Source: a virus
Strand: one strand, 5' to 3'
UHGV virus genome: UHGV-0389389
Length of the DNA stretch: 62,942 nt
The notes below the pieces were generated by a model. It saw only the letters and a program-made list of their open reading frames with translations. It had not been told where the DNA came from and made no database searches. The number at the start of each line of letters is the position of its first letter. The first letter of the stretch is position 1. Made by a program: the position numbers and the translations under genes. Shown here in pieces: positions 49,312-58,664 of the stretch.

Positions 49312-49593
49312 ATGATAAAGATTTTACTGTCGAAAAAGCTTGGCGAGTTGCGGCTGACACAGGCGGATCTTGCTCGAGCTACCGGAATACGTCCCAATAC
49401 AATCAATGAGTTGTACCACGAACTTGCGGACCGAGTGAACCTTGAGCATTTAGATCTTATCTGTGAAGCATTGGACTGCGAGTTAGATGAATTGATTGTA
49501 AGGATCCCGAACAGAGAATCTAACATTACTCACACAAGGCGCGGTAATCAAAAAGCGCAGAACAAGTGTCGCTGCAACGGCATTAGTGAATGA
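49312..49593 (+). CDS. XRE-type HTH DNA-binding protein
   Basis: LTQADLARATGIRPNTINEL. Confidence 0.55.
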   Translation: MIKILLSKKLGELRLTQADLARATGIRPNTINELYHELADRVNLEHLDLICEALDCELDELIVRIPNRESNITHTRRGNQKAQNKCRCNGISE

Positions 49594-49606
49594 GAAAGGA
49601 GAGGCA

Positions 49607-50062
49607 TTACACCCTCTCCTTTTTCATTTCTTCCATATTTTTTGATAGTGAATTTTTGAGAAAAGAACAATCCAAATCGAAATCTCTATAACCTTGATAT
49701 ATAGTTCCGATATATCGACTGGATGGACATCCTGGTTTTGCGCCTTTAAACATAATATAAACCATTGCTTTTATCCTAGAACCATTATTCAGAGTGACAT
49801 ATACATTTTGTTTTGAATAAAATCTAGGATATCCTTCATACAAGTCCAGACTCTTTTCGTCTGATTCTTGGATATCCCATATAGCGACAGGTACTCGCTT
49901 CCCTTTCTTTCTACGTATCGTGGCATATGCTCCTGTTTTGCTTCCGCGGTATATTAATTCCCAATTCTCCAGATAGCCGGTATATACCGGCTTTGCATCT
50001 GGACATCTGTGGCTCATTTGCTTCTTATTCAAATTACTTCCGTAAGCTACATATAATTTCAT
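49607..50062 (-). CDS. Gamma-glutamyl cyclotransferase-like protein (AIG2/GGCT family)
   Basis: N-terminal KLYVAYGSNL matches the AIG2-like LYFAYGSNL signature. Confidence 0.6.
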   Translation of the reverse strand: MKLYVAYGSNLNKKQMSHRCPDAKPVYTGYLENWELIYRGSKTGAYATIRRKKGKRVPVAIWDIQESDEKSLDLYEGYPRFYSKQNVYVTLNNGSRIKAMVYIMFKGAKPGCPSSRYIGTIYQGYRDFDLDCSFLKNSLSKNMEEMKKERV

Positions 50063-50079
50063 AATAAATTCCTCCTATA

Positions 50080-51003
50080 TTAAGCCGCTACTGATGCAGC
50101 GTTTTCTTTCAACTGTTTCATCATGTGAAGTCTACATGTTTTAAATTCATCCCCATACAATCCAAGTCGATTTGTTAAGATGTGGTACATCAAAGTCACT
50201 TTCTTATCTGCAGAGTATCCGGAAACACTTCTGAATACAATTTTGTCGTTGGATTCTATTGCCCATGCAGACATGGCAAGACAAAACTGAATATATGCTT
50301 TTATTCGGCCGGCGTGCAATGTACTGTTGAAAAGTCTGAATTCCACGGTTCCTTTTGAGAAAAAACTATGAAGATTAAGTGCGTGGTACCTTGTTTCGTT
50401 GTAATGGTTGTGGTTTACGCCGCCCCAATAGTTATCATTCGCCTCACTGTACCAAATTTGTTCTGCCTTATCTTTTGTGAGATTAGATTCTTTTTTCATG
50501 GTATCGTAAAGTTTCTTACAGATTGGTCTGCACCAGCGATCTTTTCTGGCTCCGATGTTCAATGCTTCGTATATAATTTCCTGTCTTGAGAGCATGAAGT
50601 TTACCATTCTGCGAAGTGATGTAGCTGTATGATTTGCTCCATCAATATGAATGTGAATGCCGCAGCTGCTATGAGGCACTCCGCCAATCTCTTTGAACTT
50701 TCGGATGATATTCTGTAATGTCTCGATGTCTTCGTATTTGAGCGGCGGAGTAACGAATTCGACTCTATATTCATCTGGATTTGCAGATCCTACATTCATC
50801 TTTGGTGAAATGGAACTATCTCTCATTACTTTCCAAGTTCTTCTTTGCGAATCTTTTATAGTTCTTGTGTAATATGCGTCTCTTCTTGGACCGGAAATCG
50901 TTCCTCCAACGACTTCCTGAACGGCTTTTGCGGCCATCTCTCTTGTTATCCCGGTGAATTCAACCTCAACACCAAATCTCTGTTTTTTTAAAAGTTCTGA
51001 CAT
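50080..51003 (-). CDS. Putative amidoligase (glutamine-synthetase-like Amidoligase_2 family)
   Basis: N-terminal FGVEVEF; about 300 aa; adjacent to a GGCT partner, a pairing reported before in comparative genomics. Confidence 0.45.
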   Translation of the reverse strand: MSELLKKQRFGVEVEFTGITREMAAKAVQEVVGGTISGPRRDAYYTRTIKDSQRRTWKVMRDSSISPKMNVGSANPDEYRVEFVTPPLKYEDIETLQNIIRKFKEIGGVPHSSCGIHIHIDGANHTATSLRRMVNFMLSRQEIIYEALNIGARKDRWCRPICKKLYDTMKKESNLTKDKAEQIWYSEANDNYWGGVNHNHYNETRYHALNLHSFFSKGTVEFRLFNSTLHAGRIKAYIQFCLAMSAWAIESNDKIVFRSVSGYSADKKVTLMYHILTNRLGLYGDEFKTCRLHMMKQLKENAASVAA

Positions 51004-51188
51004 GTTTTTTCCTCCTTATTCATTCGCCGTCTACGAATGTATGTTCTTGTTTTTGTGGTTGTATATTAACATATGTACACGTCTTGTCAATACATTTTCG
51101 GAAATTATTTCTTTGAATACAGAAATAAAATTGACAAAAACAGAAAAATATCCTATAATAAGGAAAAAGAAGAGAAGGAGGGATAGTT

Positions 51189-51401
51189 ATGATTTCGTAC
51201 AATCCTTTGTGGAAAACCTTGATAGATAAGAATATGAAGAAAATGGACCTAAAGGAACTGGCTGGAATAAGCAATACAACTTTGGCAAAGCTTGGAAAAA
51301 ATTGCAATGTAAGCACAGAGATCATATGGAGAATCTGCGTGGCGCTTGATTGCGATATTGATGATGTAATGGAGATTGACAGGAGAGACTCGTTAGAATA
51401 A
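51189..51401 (+). CDS. XRE-type HTH DNA-binding protein, a paralogue of the gene at 49312
   Basis: LKELAGISNTTLAKL...VALDCDIDDVMEI; the CxALDC motif is shared with the 49312 gene. Confidence 0.55.
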   Translation: MISYNPLWKTLIDKNMKKMDLKELAGISNTTLAKLGKNCNVSTEIIWRICVALDCDIDDVMEIDRRDSLE

Positions 51402-51754
51402 TATTGTATATATGAAGGTGAAGAGATATGTATAAAATAGTTGGACGTCTGATAGGGGGAGAGCCAATTACAGATGGAATTGGCATAAAAGAAATAGAAA
51501 AGACGTATAAAGTCAAGTGTAAATTTACTCTTATTATAAAATTCCTTTATGCTAAATTTTTCTATGATTGGGTAAAAGTAGAAGAATACAAAGAATAAAA
51601 AAACAATATTCATCTGTGATGTTATTTTGATGTTCATATATTTGTGTAATAATTGTAATATATAATATGGAAGAAAAGTATAAAAAAATATGTAGTATAT
51701 GTATATGAACAAACAGAAAAAGCACTGATAAATCTTGAGTTTGAATAATAAGCA

Positions 51755-51798
51755 AAACCCGGGAGCCCTTTATTTTCAAGGGTTCTCGGGTTTTTTCA
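51755..51798. terminator. Bidirectional terminator hairpin downstream of int
   Basis: aaaacccgggagccc...gggttctcgggtttttt. Confidence 0.5.
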
Positions 51799-51831
51799 CA
51801 TCCTCGTGATGTTAATGTGATGTTAAAACTT

Positions 51832-53334
51832 CTATTTTCCACCTATTCCATACAGTTTGCTGTATTTCGGAATCGTTGTATCAACCATAAACTGATCAAG
51901 ATTTTTTAAGCTTCCCTGCGACAATTCACAAGATGATATGGCATCAGAGTACATGGTCATAATAAGATCTTTGAGAGTTGCCGAAGGTTTAAAAGAAGAA
52001 ATAGTCTGTATAATTGCATCCCCAAAAGCTATCAAATCCAGATACGTTTCCAGTTTATATCCGTAAACCATTTCTGATTCAATATCAATCCCATACTTTA
52101 TAAAGATGTTTTTGTTGTTTTTTCGTATATGTTCGTTTCCTTGCTGCTCAGCCATTGCCAAGGCGTGCTGGCTAATTCGGCCAAGAGGTGAGCCTGGCAC
52201 CATATCCACAGCGATACCATCATCTTCATTCTCAGCTACGGCCGCAGTTTCCTTTTCTTTTTTGATAATAACCTCTATTTTTTGTGCTAATTCCCTGTCT
52301 GTTCCCGGATAAAGGTGGGAATAAGTATCCCATGTAGTTTTTATTGAATCATGACCGAGGCGGCGGGAAATCTCTTCGATTGCAAATCCCATATTAACCA
52401 GCATGGCTACATGGCTGTGCCTCAGATCGTGAACTCTTATCTCTTTGTCTCCGGAACGCTTGATCATCCTTTTGAATTCGCTGTAAAGCCCGCCTTTTTT
52501 GAAATAGAATATACGCTCTTCCGGCTCAAGGCACATACTGTCTATGAATTCAAGAACCTCTGCATGGATTGAATCCGGTATTGTGATCTTCCGTATGCTC
52601 CGCTTTGTCTTTGGGGTTAAAAAATATTCAATACCATCCACTACGGCATAGTTTTTATTTACATCTACGATTGCGGTATCTCGTGGAAAATCTTCCGGTG
52701 TAAGAGCAAGCAGCTCTCCTTCTCTCATGCCGCTGTAAAAAAGCAGCTTGAAAGCAACTATATAAGACGGTTTCTTTTCAAACTGCATAGCATGCTCAAA
52801 TTCTTCTTTGGTCCAGAAATTCATTTCTTCAGCCCGGCTTTTTCCAATGCTTCCTGCAATATAACATGGATTTGTTCCAAGTTTGTAGTATTTGACTGCA
52901 TAGTTAAACACAGCCGAAAGCTGTGAGTTTATTGAGTGCAGATATGTTTCGGCATAAGGCTCACCTTTTTCATTACGATAATCAATTAAGCTATTCTGCC
53001 ACCTTCTAACAAGATCTGCATCAATGTCGCATATCTGCATTTTTCCGAAATAAGGAAGCAGTTTTGTTTCGACAATATATCTCTTACCCTTTAATGTTGT
53101 CGGCTTCAGTCTGGAATCCATATCTTCCATATAATTTCCGGCCAAAGAGGAAAAGAGGATTGTCGGGCTTTTAGAATACTTATCTAAGAACAGCCGTTCA
53201 TACTCTTTTGCAGATCCTTTTGTATCAAATCCACGTTTGCATTTATGCTTTTTTTCGCCGAGCCAGTCTGTATAGTAAAAATTTGCATACCATTTTGTTT
53301 TCCCGTCCTTTGTTTGATATTTATATGCAGGCAT
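51832..53334 (-). CDS. int: Tyrosine integrase with an N-terminal arm-binding domain and an unusual C-terminal extension of about 150 aa
   Basis: HDLRHSH and LGHDSIKTTWDTYSHLY (the R...H.LRH...Y catalytic set); the N-terminus YKYQTKDGKTKWYANFYY resembles a Tn916-type arm-binding domain. Confidence 0.85.
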   Translation of the reverse strand: MPAYKYQTKDGKTKWYANFYYTDWLGEKKHKCKRGFDTKGSAKEYERLFLDKYSKSPTILFSSLAGNYMEDMDSRLKPTTLKGKRYIVETKLLPYFGKMQICDIDADLVRRWQNSLIDYRNEKGEPYAETYLHSINSQLSAVFNYAVKYYKLGTNPCYIAGSIGKSRAEEMNFWTKEEFEHAMQFEKKPSYIVAFKLLFYSGMREGELLALTPEDFPRDTAIVDVNKNYAVVDGIEYFLTPKTKRSIRKITIPDSIHAEVLEFIDSMCLEPEERIFYFKKGGLYSEFKRMIKRSGDKEIRVHDLRHSHVAMLVNMGFAIEEISRRLGHDSIKTTWDTYSHLYPGTDRELAQKIEVIIKKEKETAAVAENEDDGIAVDMVPGSPLGRISQHALAMAEQQGNEHIRKNNKNIFIKYGIDIESEMVYGYKLETYLDLIAFGDAIIQTISSFKPSATLKDLIMTMYSDAISSCELSQGSLKNLDQFMVDTTIPKYSKLYGIGGK

Positions 53335-53447
53335 AATATTTCTCCTTGTTGCATAGTATTTGACAAATGGAAATGTATTGGATATAATGTACTTAACAAG
53401 GGAATCGTTGGTCAGTGTACACCTGACCGCCGGTAAAATATGTAACT

Positions 53448-53490
53448 ATAAAAATAGCGCCTTATCTTACCAGGACAGGGGCGCTATTTT
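53448..53490. terminator. Hairpin terminator between the repressor and int
   Basis: atagcgcc...ggcgctat followed by tttttt. Confidence 0.4.
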
Positions 53491-53650
53491 TTGTGCTTCA
53501 TTATCGTTACGACAAGGGTAATTACAGCACAAAGCATGATGACAAAAGTAAACAAGTCACTGTATGTAACCATAAGCACCAGCCTCCTTTCTTTCGTCCG
53601 GCGGCTGTATAGCACCTCAACGGTTCCCCGGTTAAGTACATTATATATTC

Positions 53651-54202
53651 CTATCTGTCTTTCAGTTTTTCAAAATCTCCCATGATCATCCGTTTCCCGC
53701 TTTTTGACATCCCCCTATAATAAAGAATGATATCTTGTTCTTCCTCGGAGGATATGATTGTCTGAAACGGGACGGCGCCGATCAAGAAATCAATAGAAGT
53801 GTTTAGCGCTTTAGAGATCTTGGCCAACACGTCTATATTTGGAGTTATTGCTCCGCTTAAAATTTCCAGAGCAGTTTGTACGGATATTTCTACACGGTTC
53901 GCTAGATCTTCCGGAGACATATTCGCATCCTGCATCAGATCAGAGATACGTGATCCGATGCAAGGCATCCTCGTTTCCGGATCAAGCGCAATCCACTGAG
54001 ATTTTGATTTTCCCAATAAATAATCTGAAGGAACATGGAAAAATTCTGCTATCTTATTTAAAACCTGTGCGGACGGATTTGTATATCCTCTTTCAATGTT
54101 TGAAATTACCTGTCCTGAGCACCCGGCATACTCACCGAGCTGCAACTGGGTGGCCCCGGATTCTATCCGCAATTCCTTTATCTTTTCTCCAATATTACTC
54201 AT
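53651..54202 (-). CDS. CI-like repressor with two XRE-type HTH domains
   Basis: Two HTH_XRE-like segments (IKELRIESGATQLQLGEYAG... and ISDLMQDANMSPEDLANRVEIS...). Confidence 0.65.
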   Translation of the reverse strand: MSNIGEKIKELRIESGATQLQLGEYAGCSGQVISNIERGYTNPSAQVLNKIAEFFHVPSDYLLGKSKSQWIALDPETRMPCIGSRISDLMQDANMSPEDLANRVEISVQTALEILSGAITPNIDVLAKISKALNTSIDFLIGAVPFQTIISSEEEQDIILYYRGMSKSGKRMIMGDFEKLKDR

Positions 54203-54212
54203 ACAACCATAC

Positions 54213-54737
54213 CTATTTTAAAGCGTTGTTTAAATACGGAACAATTTTGTTAAAATCTTCTAAGTTTACCATAGAGGTATTTTGTTTGAAGGAACCGTCA
54301 GCACCCTTTAATAATTGGAACGAAATCATGTCCAGACCAGTTTCTTCTTCAAGCACAATTATTGTCACGGAATCATACGGAAGCTTTTCTGGATTCTCGC
54401 GATAGTAATTACCATATAGTGACAATGAAGATTGTATGTCACTCCATAGAGCCTCAATAGACTTTTCTGATAGAGTATATCCAGTATCAAGAGTAACGTA
54501 TAAATCATTATCTGATATAGAATATTTTGCTTTTTCTCCAAATGATTCTAAAACCCAAGCCTTTGCTCCAGCTTGCGACATATCTTCTTGAGCCTTTTCT
54601 TTTTTTAATTCGGTTAATTCTTTTTGAACCTTTTCTAATTCGCTAACTTTTGTGTCATAATTCTCTTGAGAAACGGAAGATGCACATCCAGTCAACATAG
54701 TGGCCGAAATAAACAACGCAATTAAAATCCTTTTCAT
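54213..54737 (-). CDS. Lipoprotein, possibly a superinfection-exclusion moron
   Basis: Signal peptide with a LTGC lipobox. Confidence 0.55.
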   Translation of the reverse strand: MKRILIALFISATMLTGCASSVSQENYDTKVSELEKVQKELTELKKEKAQEDMSQAGAKAWVLESFGEKAKYSISDNDLYVTLDTGYTLSEKSIEALWSDIQSSLSLYGNYYRENPEKLPYDSVTIIVLEEETGLDMISFQLLKGADGSFKQNTSMVNLEDFNKIVPYLNNALK

Positions 54738-54776
54738 ATTATTTCCTCCTCCCCCTTCGGTACCACTCGAAGGGTA

Positions 54777-55130
54777 TTATTTTGCTTCTTTCAATTTTCT
54801 CGAACCCTCATTTTCTTGATTCATTCTCTTAATATATCCTTTTAATTCTCCTTTGAATTCTAATTGGGCGTCCATTGGCAGCTGATGTATTAAAGAAATC
54901 CACTCAGCATCAGATTGAGAAATACAGTTATTATGTCGATTTTTTCCATATACGAGAAAATCTAATGAAACCCCAAAATGTTCAGAAAAACGCACAAGCA
55001 TTTCTCCGCTTGGCAATTTCCCGGATTTCCAATTAGCCATAGAACCTTTGCTCATGCCAAGTTCTGTAAGTAATGTTGTTGGTTTTATGTTCTTTTCTTT
55101 ACATAGTTTTAAAAGTTGATCGTAAAACAA
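54777..55130 (-). CDS. XRE-type HTH regulator
   Basis: HTH IKPTTLLTELGMSKGSMANWKSGK; a likely TTG start 7 nt after AAGGAG (the ORF track starts 13 codons earlier). Confidence 0.5.
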   Translation of the reverse strand: MFYDQLLKLCKEKNIKPTTLLTELGMSKGSMANWKSGKLPSGEMLVRFSEHFGVSLDFLVYGKNRHNNCISQSDAEWISLIHQLPMDAQLEFKGELKGYIKRMNQENEGSRKLKEAK

Positions 55131-55287
55131 AAAAAACTCCTTTCCTAAAAAAAGTTCAAAAAAATGCACATAACTATTGACAAGTGCATTTTAATGCACT
55201 ATTATTAAAGTGTAATAACCAAATGTTTAAAACATTTTTCAAAAAAAGAGTGACGGCAATCACTCAAGGTGTAATGCAACTGAATAA

Positions 55288-55503
55288 TTATTGATCGGCT
55301 TCTACTAAAAGAGCCTTGTTATTTTCTTCAATCATAACAGATACAGCTCTTATTATTGCTTCTGCGGAAGCTTGCAATATTGAAGCGTCATTTAGTTTAA
55401 CGCCGCTGTTTTCGATACTGGACAGAATCTTACGGTTGGCATCTGAAAATTCTGTCAATCCAATATTTTGAAGTTGCTCGGCCCATGATGATGAATTATT
55501 CAT
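55288..55503 (-). CDS. Hypothetical protein
   Basis: ORF. Confidence 0.3.
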   Translation of the reverse strand: MNNSSSWAEQLQNIGLTEFSDANRKILSSIENSGVKLNDASILQASAEAIIRAVSVMIEENNKALLVEADQ

Positions 55504-55590
55504 ATCTGATACTCCTTTCTGTGATTGTTAACGTATAACGTTATTCTAAGACAAAATTGAACGAATGTAAACAACAAATGTAATTAACAA

Positions 55591-55830
55591 ATGTTTAAAG
55601 ACGATAAGGGGGTGGAAAATGTGAAACGAACTCTTCCGACATGGTGCAAAGAAGTTAAAAAGTCCATGATTGATGATGATATAAACATGACGGAACTGGC
55701 TGAGCGTGTTGGTATGTGCCGGAATTATGTATCTGGTGTTGTTAATGGTCGAGTTTATGCACCGGAGATTGCGAAGAAGATAAGCCAGGACAGAAATATC
55801 ACAGTTCCATATACGGAAAATATCGTTTGA
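55591..55830 (+). CDS. Cro-like HTH protein
   Basis: MTELAERVGMCRNYVSGVVNGR; transcribed divergently from the repressor block. Confidence 0.45.
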   Translation: MFKDDKGVENVKRTLPTWCKEVKKSMIDDDINMTELAERVGMCRNYVSGVVNGRVYAPEIAKKISQDRNITVPYTENIV

Positions 55831-55862
55831 TTATATTTTAGCTTAGCGAGGAGGAAAATTAA

Positions 55863-56339
55863 ATGGGAAAGCATGCTACGAAAGCGGGGGAAAACATATT
55901 TACCCAGGCACGTTACAATGCGGCAAAGTTCAATGACCGCCTAAACAGCAGAGAAGGTGCATCGGAAGAACTTGGAATAGATAGAAGTCGTCTGGCACGC
56001 ATAGAACTTGGAAGCAAGAATCCATTTCCGGACGAGGTGCTGATGATGTCAGATATTTACAACGCACCAGAGCTGAAATCTTATTACTGTAAAAATATGT
56101 GTCCGCTTGGAAAAGATTTTCCGGAAATTAGGGTAGAGGCGTTGGACAGGATTAGTATTAAGGCCTTGTCATCGTTCAGAAAAATTTCTGCTGCGAAAGA
56201 ACTTCTTCTTGATATTACTGAGGATGGCGTAATAACGGAAGATGAAAAGGAAGATCTCAACAAGATTATCAAGACATTGGACGAGTTGAATAAAATTACA
56301 CAGAGCTTAAAAATTTGGGCTGAAAAAAATTTAGAGTAA
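55863..56339 (+). CDS. HTH domain protein
   Basis: ELGIDRSRLARIELGSKNP. Confidence 0.45.
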   Translation: MGKHATKAGENIFTQARYNAAKFNDRLNSREGASEELGIDRSRLARIELGSKNPFPDEVLMMSDIYNAPELKSYYCKNMCPLGKDFPEIRVEALDRISIKALSSFRKISAAKELLLDITEDGVITEDEKEDLNKIIKTLDELNKITQSLKIWAEKNLE

Positions 56340-56352
56340 AGGAGGCGGTTGT

Positions 56353-56568
56353 ATGGCTGCTGGCATCGTAAAAGAAATTAACAGTACAAACCGTTCATAT
56401 TACATGGTAAACGACATAACTGAATTGCTTGGAATAAGCCGGTCAAAAGCGTATGAAATGATTCGCACGATGCGAAAAGAGTGCATCGCATCCGGTAAAC
56501 TTACAAAGGCTTATCCGTCCGGAAGAATTCCAAAAAAATATTTCAATGAACATTGCATGATTGAGTAG
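56353..56568 (+). CDS. Excisionase-family HTH (HTH_17-like) protein
   Basis: YMVNDITELLGISRSKAYEMIR...GRIPKKYF. Confidence 0.5.
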   Translation: MAAGIVKEINSTNRSYYMVNDITELLGISRSKAYEMIRTMRKECIASGKLTKAYPSGRIPKKYFNEHCMIE

Positions 56569-56581
56569 GAGGTGGAAGAAA

Positions 56582-56749
56582 ATGTATTATCGTACATGTC
56601 CGGAATGTGGAAGTAATCTGGATCCGGGAGAACAATGTGACTGTAATGAGGAAAAAGAGTTCAGGAAAGAAGAGTCAAAGCGTGTTTCTAGGATGTTAAA
56701 AATTGAGGAAAGCGGTCAAATGAGTATTTTATTTGAGGAGGCAGTATGA
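56582..56749 (+). CDS. Small zinc-ribbon protein
   Basis: CPECG...CDCN; RBS GGAGGTGG. Confidence 0.35.
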   Translation: MYYRTCPECGSNLDPGEQCDCNEEKEFRKEESKRVSRMLKIEESGQMSILFEEAV

Positions 56750-57102
56750 AGGTACTTAGATTATACGATCTGATAAATGATAAAGAAACAATTATTATTT
56801 GCTATAGGTATCCAAGAACTGCCGTCCTTAGGCAGATGGATGCCGAGAAAATAGAGAACGAAAGGAGGAAAAGGAAAAGACAGATTTTCGTAAGAAAGAT
56901 AAAGGAAGCGGCAATTTCTGCCATTGAGATTGCTGTATCCATAGTAGCTGGTTTGGCATTTTTGCATATCATATCCGAGAAGCTTCTTGAAATACGAGGG
57001 TATGAAGCTCTTGGTGGAGAAGTAATAGCGGCAGGATTTATCACATTTTTTACATTTTATGTTTTCGAATGGATAGGAGATCGGATATGGACAAGAAGAT
57101 GA
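56746..57102 (+). CDS. Hypothetical protein with a C-terminal transmembrane segment
   Basis: ORF with a hydrophobic C-terminus. Confidence 0.3.
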   Translation: MKVLRLYDLINDKETIIICYRYPRTAVLRQMDAEKIENERRKRKRQIFVRKIKEAAISAIEIAVSIVAGLAFLHIISEKLLEIRGYEALGGEVIAAGFITFFTFYVFEWIGDRIWTRR

Positions 57103-57326
57103 TTGATGATGCAATAGGATTTGAGATACCAGAAGAGCTTTATGAAAACGCTGTGATTTCGGCAAGAAAAAAACTCCAATCACTAATACAGCGTTTTGGC
57201 GATTGCAACGGTGTTAGACGGACACCGGGCTATCTGGCTGAATTAGTGATTGAAGCCATTAAGTCAGAACTTTTAACCAAATACACTCTGACGATGGCGA
57301 TTGCCGATCAGGCGCATGAGAATTAA
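57087..57326 (+). CDS. Hypothetical protein
   Basis: ORF with a GGAG RBS. Confidence 0.3.
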   Translation: MDKKMIDDAIGFEIPEELYENAVISARKKLQSLIQRFGDCNGVRRTPGYLAELVIEAIKSELLTKYTLTMAIADQAHEN

Positions 57327-57366
57327 AAGCAATTTTATTTTAGCACATGAAAGAGAGGAAAGCAAT

Positions 57367-58485
57367 ATGAAAGATGTAATGGCATCATTGCCGGAAGTAA
57401 TAAAAGAGTACAAAGGTTATAATCTGTTAATCCCGACAGCGACAGATGTTCAGCTCAACCCATTCTATAAATTCCATGTGGAAGAAGTTGCGGTGGATTT
57501 GAGTGAAACAAGTGGAGATATTTTCAAAGTCGGATCCGTTGACACTGGCAGAAAAGACGACAAAGGAAACAAGATATATGCGGACGCCTTCTCCCTGTCC
57601 AAACCGTTACTAAATAAAATGGCTATGGCGGCTGGTATTCAGTTCAATCCCGAACAGACATATGGGGAACGGATCAACCGGGTGACGTACCGGGCACATG
57701 CACAGGGTGCTATGCGAAAAGCCGATGGAACCTGTCGAACCGAAACGGACCAGAAAGAAATTTGTCTTGAAGATGAAGAGGAAAAATACAGAATCGAATT
57801 CTCTGATAAAGCTGCAAGAGGGATAACCGATGATAAACAGGCAAAAGCCGCAGCTGAGATCTTTAAAGGAACGTGGACTAAAGCAAAGAATAAATGGGGG
57901 AAAACAGTTGATGCCTATGTGATTGATGAGGTAGACCGTGAGAAGTACATTGAAAGATCAGTCATGGTAAATATGGCGTTACTAAAAAAGACTTGGGCGG
58001 AAAAGGCAATCACAGGAGCAAAACTACGAGTAATAAGAGCCTTGCTTGGCGTAAAAGGTACGTACACAAAAGAGGAACTGAAAAAGAATTTCGCAATTCC
58101 TACAGTAGTTTTTTCTCCAGATTACTCGGAGCCGTCGGTAAGACAGGCGATGCTTACCCAAGGGATCAGTTCTGTAAATAATATGTTTGGCGTTGGGGCC
58201 CTTCCGGTAAAAAGAATGGATTTTGAAAACGAGGATACATTCGATGCAGAGGCATTTGAAAACAATCCAGCATTTCAAAGTGACGCTTCGGAAGATGACG
58301 TAATGGATATTCCGGAAAACATTCCTGATGAACCACATACAAAGGAGCCGACATCTCCGTCGGAGAATGAAGGATATTTCTGTGACGGATGCGGAATTGA
58401 AATTAATGAGAGGGTGTACGAATATTCACTGAATAAATACGGACGTCCGCTGTGCATTAAATGCCAGAGAGGGGGCAGCAGGTAA
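57367..58485 (+). CDS. Hypothetical protein with a C-terminal zinc ribbon, possibly recombination-associated
   Basis: Located immediately upstream of the SbcCD-like gene; the C-terminus carries CDGCG...CIKCQ. Confidence 0.3.
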   Translation: MKDVMASLPEVIKEYKGYNLLIPTATDVQLNPFYKFHVEEVAVDLSETSGDIFKVGSVDTGRKDDKGNKIYADAFSLSKPLLNKMAMAAGIQFNPEQTYGERINRVTYRAHAQGAMRKADGTCRTETDQKEICLEDEEEKYRIEFSDKAARGITDDKQAKAAAEIFKGTWTKAKNKWGKTVDAYVIDEVDREKYIERSVMVNMALLKKTWAEKAITGAKLRVIRALLGVKGTYTKEELKKNFAIPTVVFSPDYSEPSVRQAMLTQGISSVNNMFGVGALPVKRMDFENEDTFDAEAFENNPAFQSDASEDDVMDIPENIPDEPHTKEPTSPSENEGYFCDGCGIEINERVYEYSLNKYGRPLCIKCQRGGSR

Positions 58486-58664
58486 TGAAGATGATCAAGA
58501 TTACTACTGGCAATCAAATTTCTGTTCATGACTTTCCGGATGGGGGCATTTCAGAACAAACAATGGGTAAACGAAGGAATTTCTTTTTGTGGATTAACAG
58601 AAGAGCAGTTCTCCCTGCTCTTCCCGCAGCTTAGAAAATTAACAGAGAAAGCGAGGAAGAAAGG

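Noticed and set aside
51020-51712. 230-aa minus-strand ORF rich in Ile/Tyr/Phe
   Set aside because: An artefact of the AT-rich intergenic region beside the integrase; the composition is implausible for a protein
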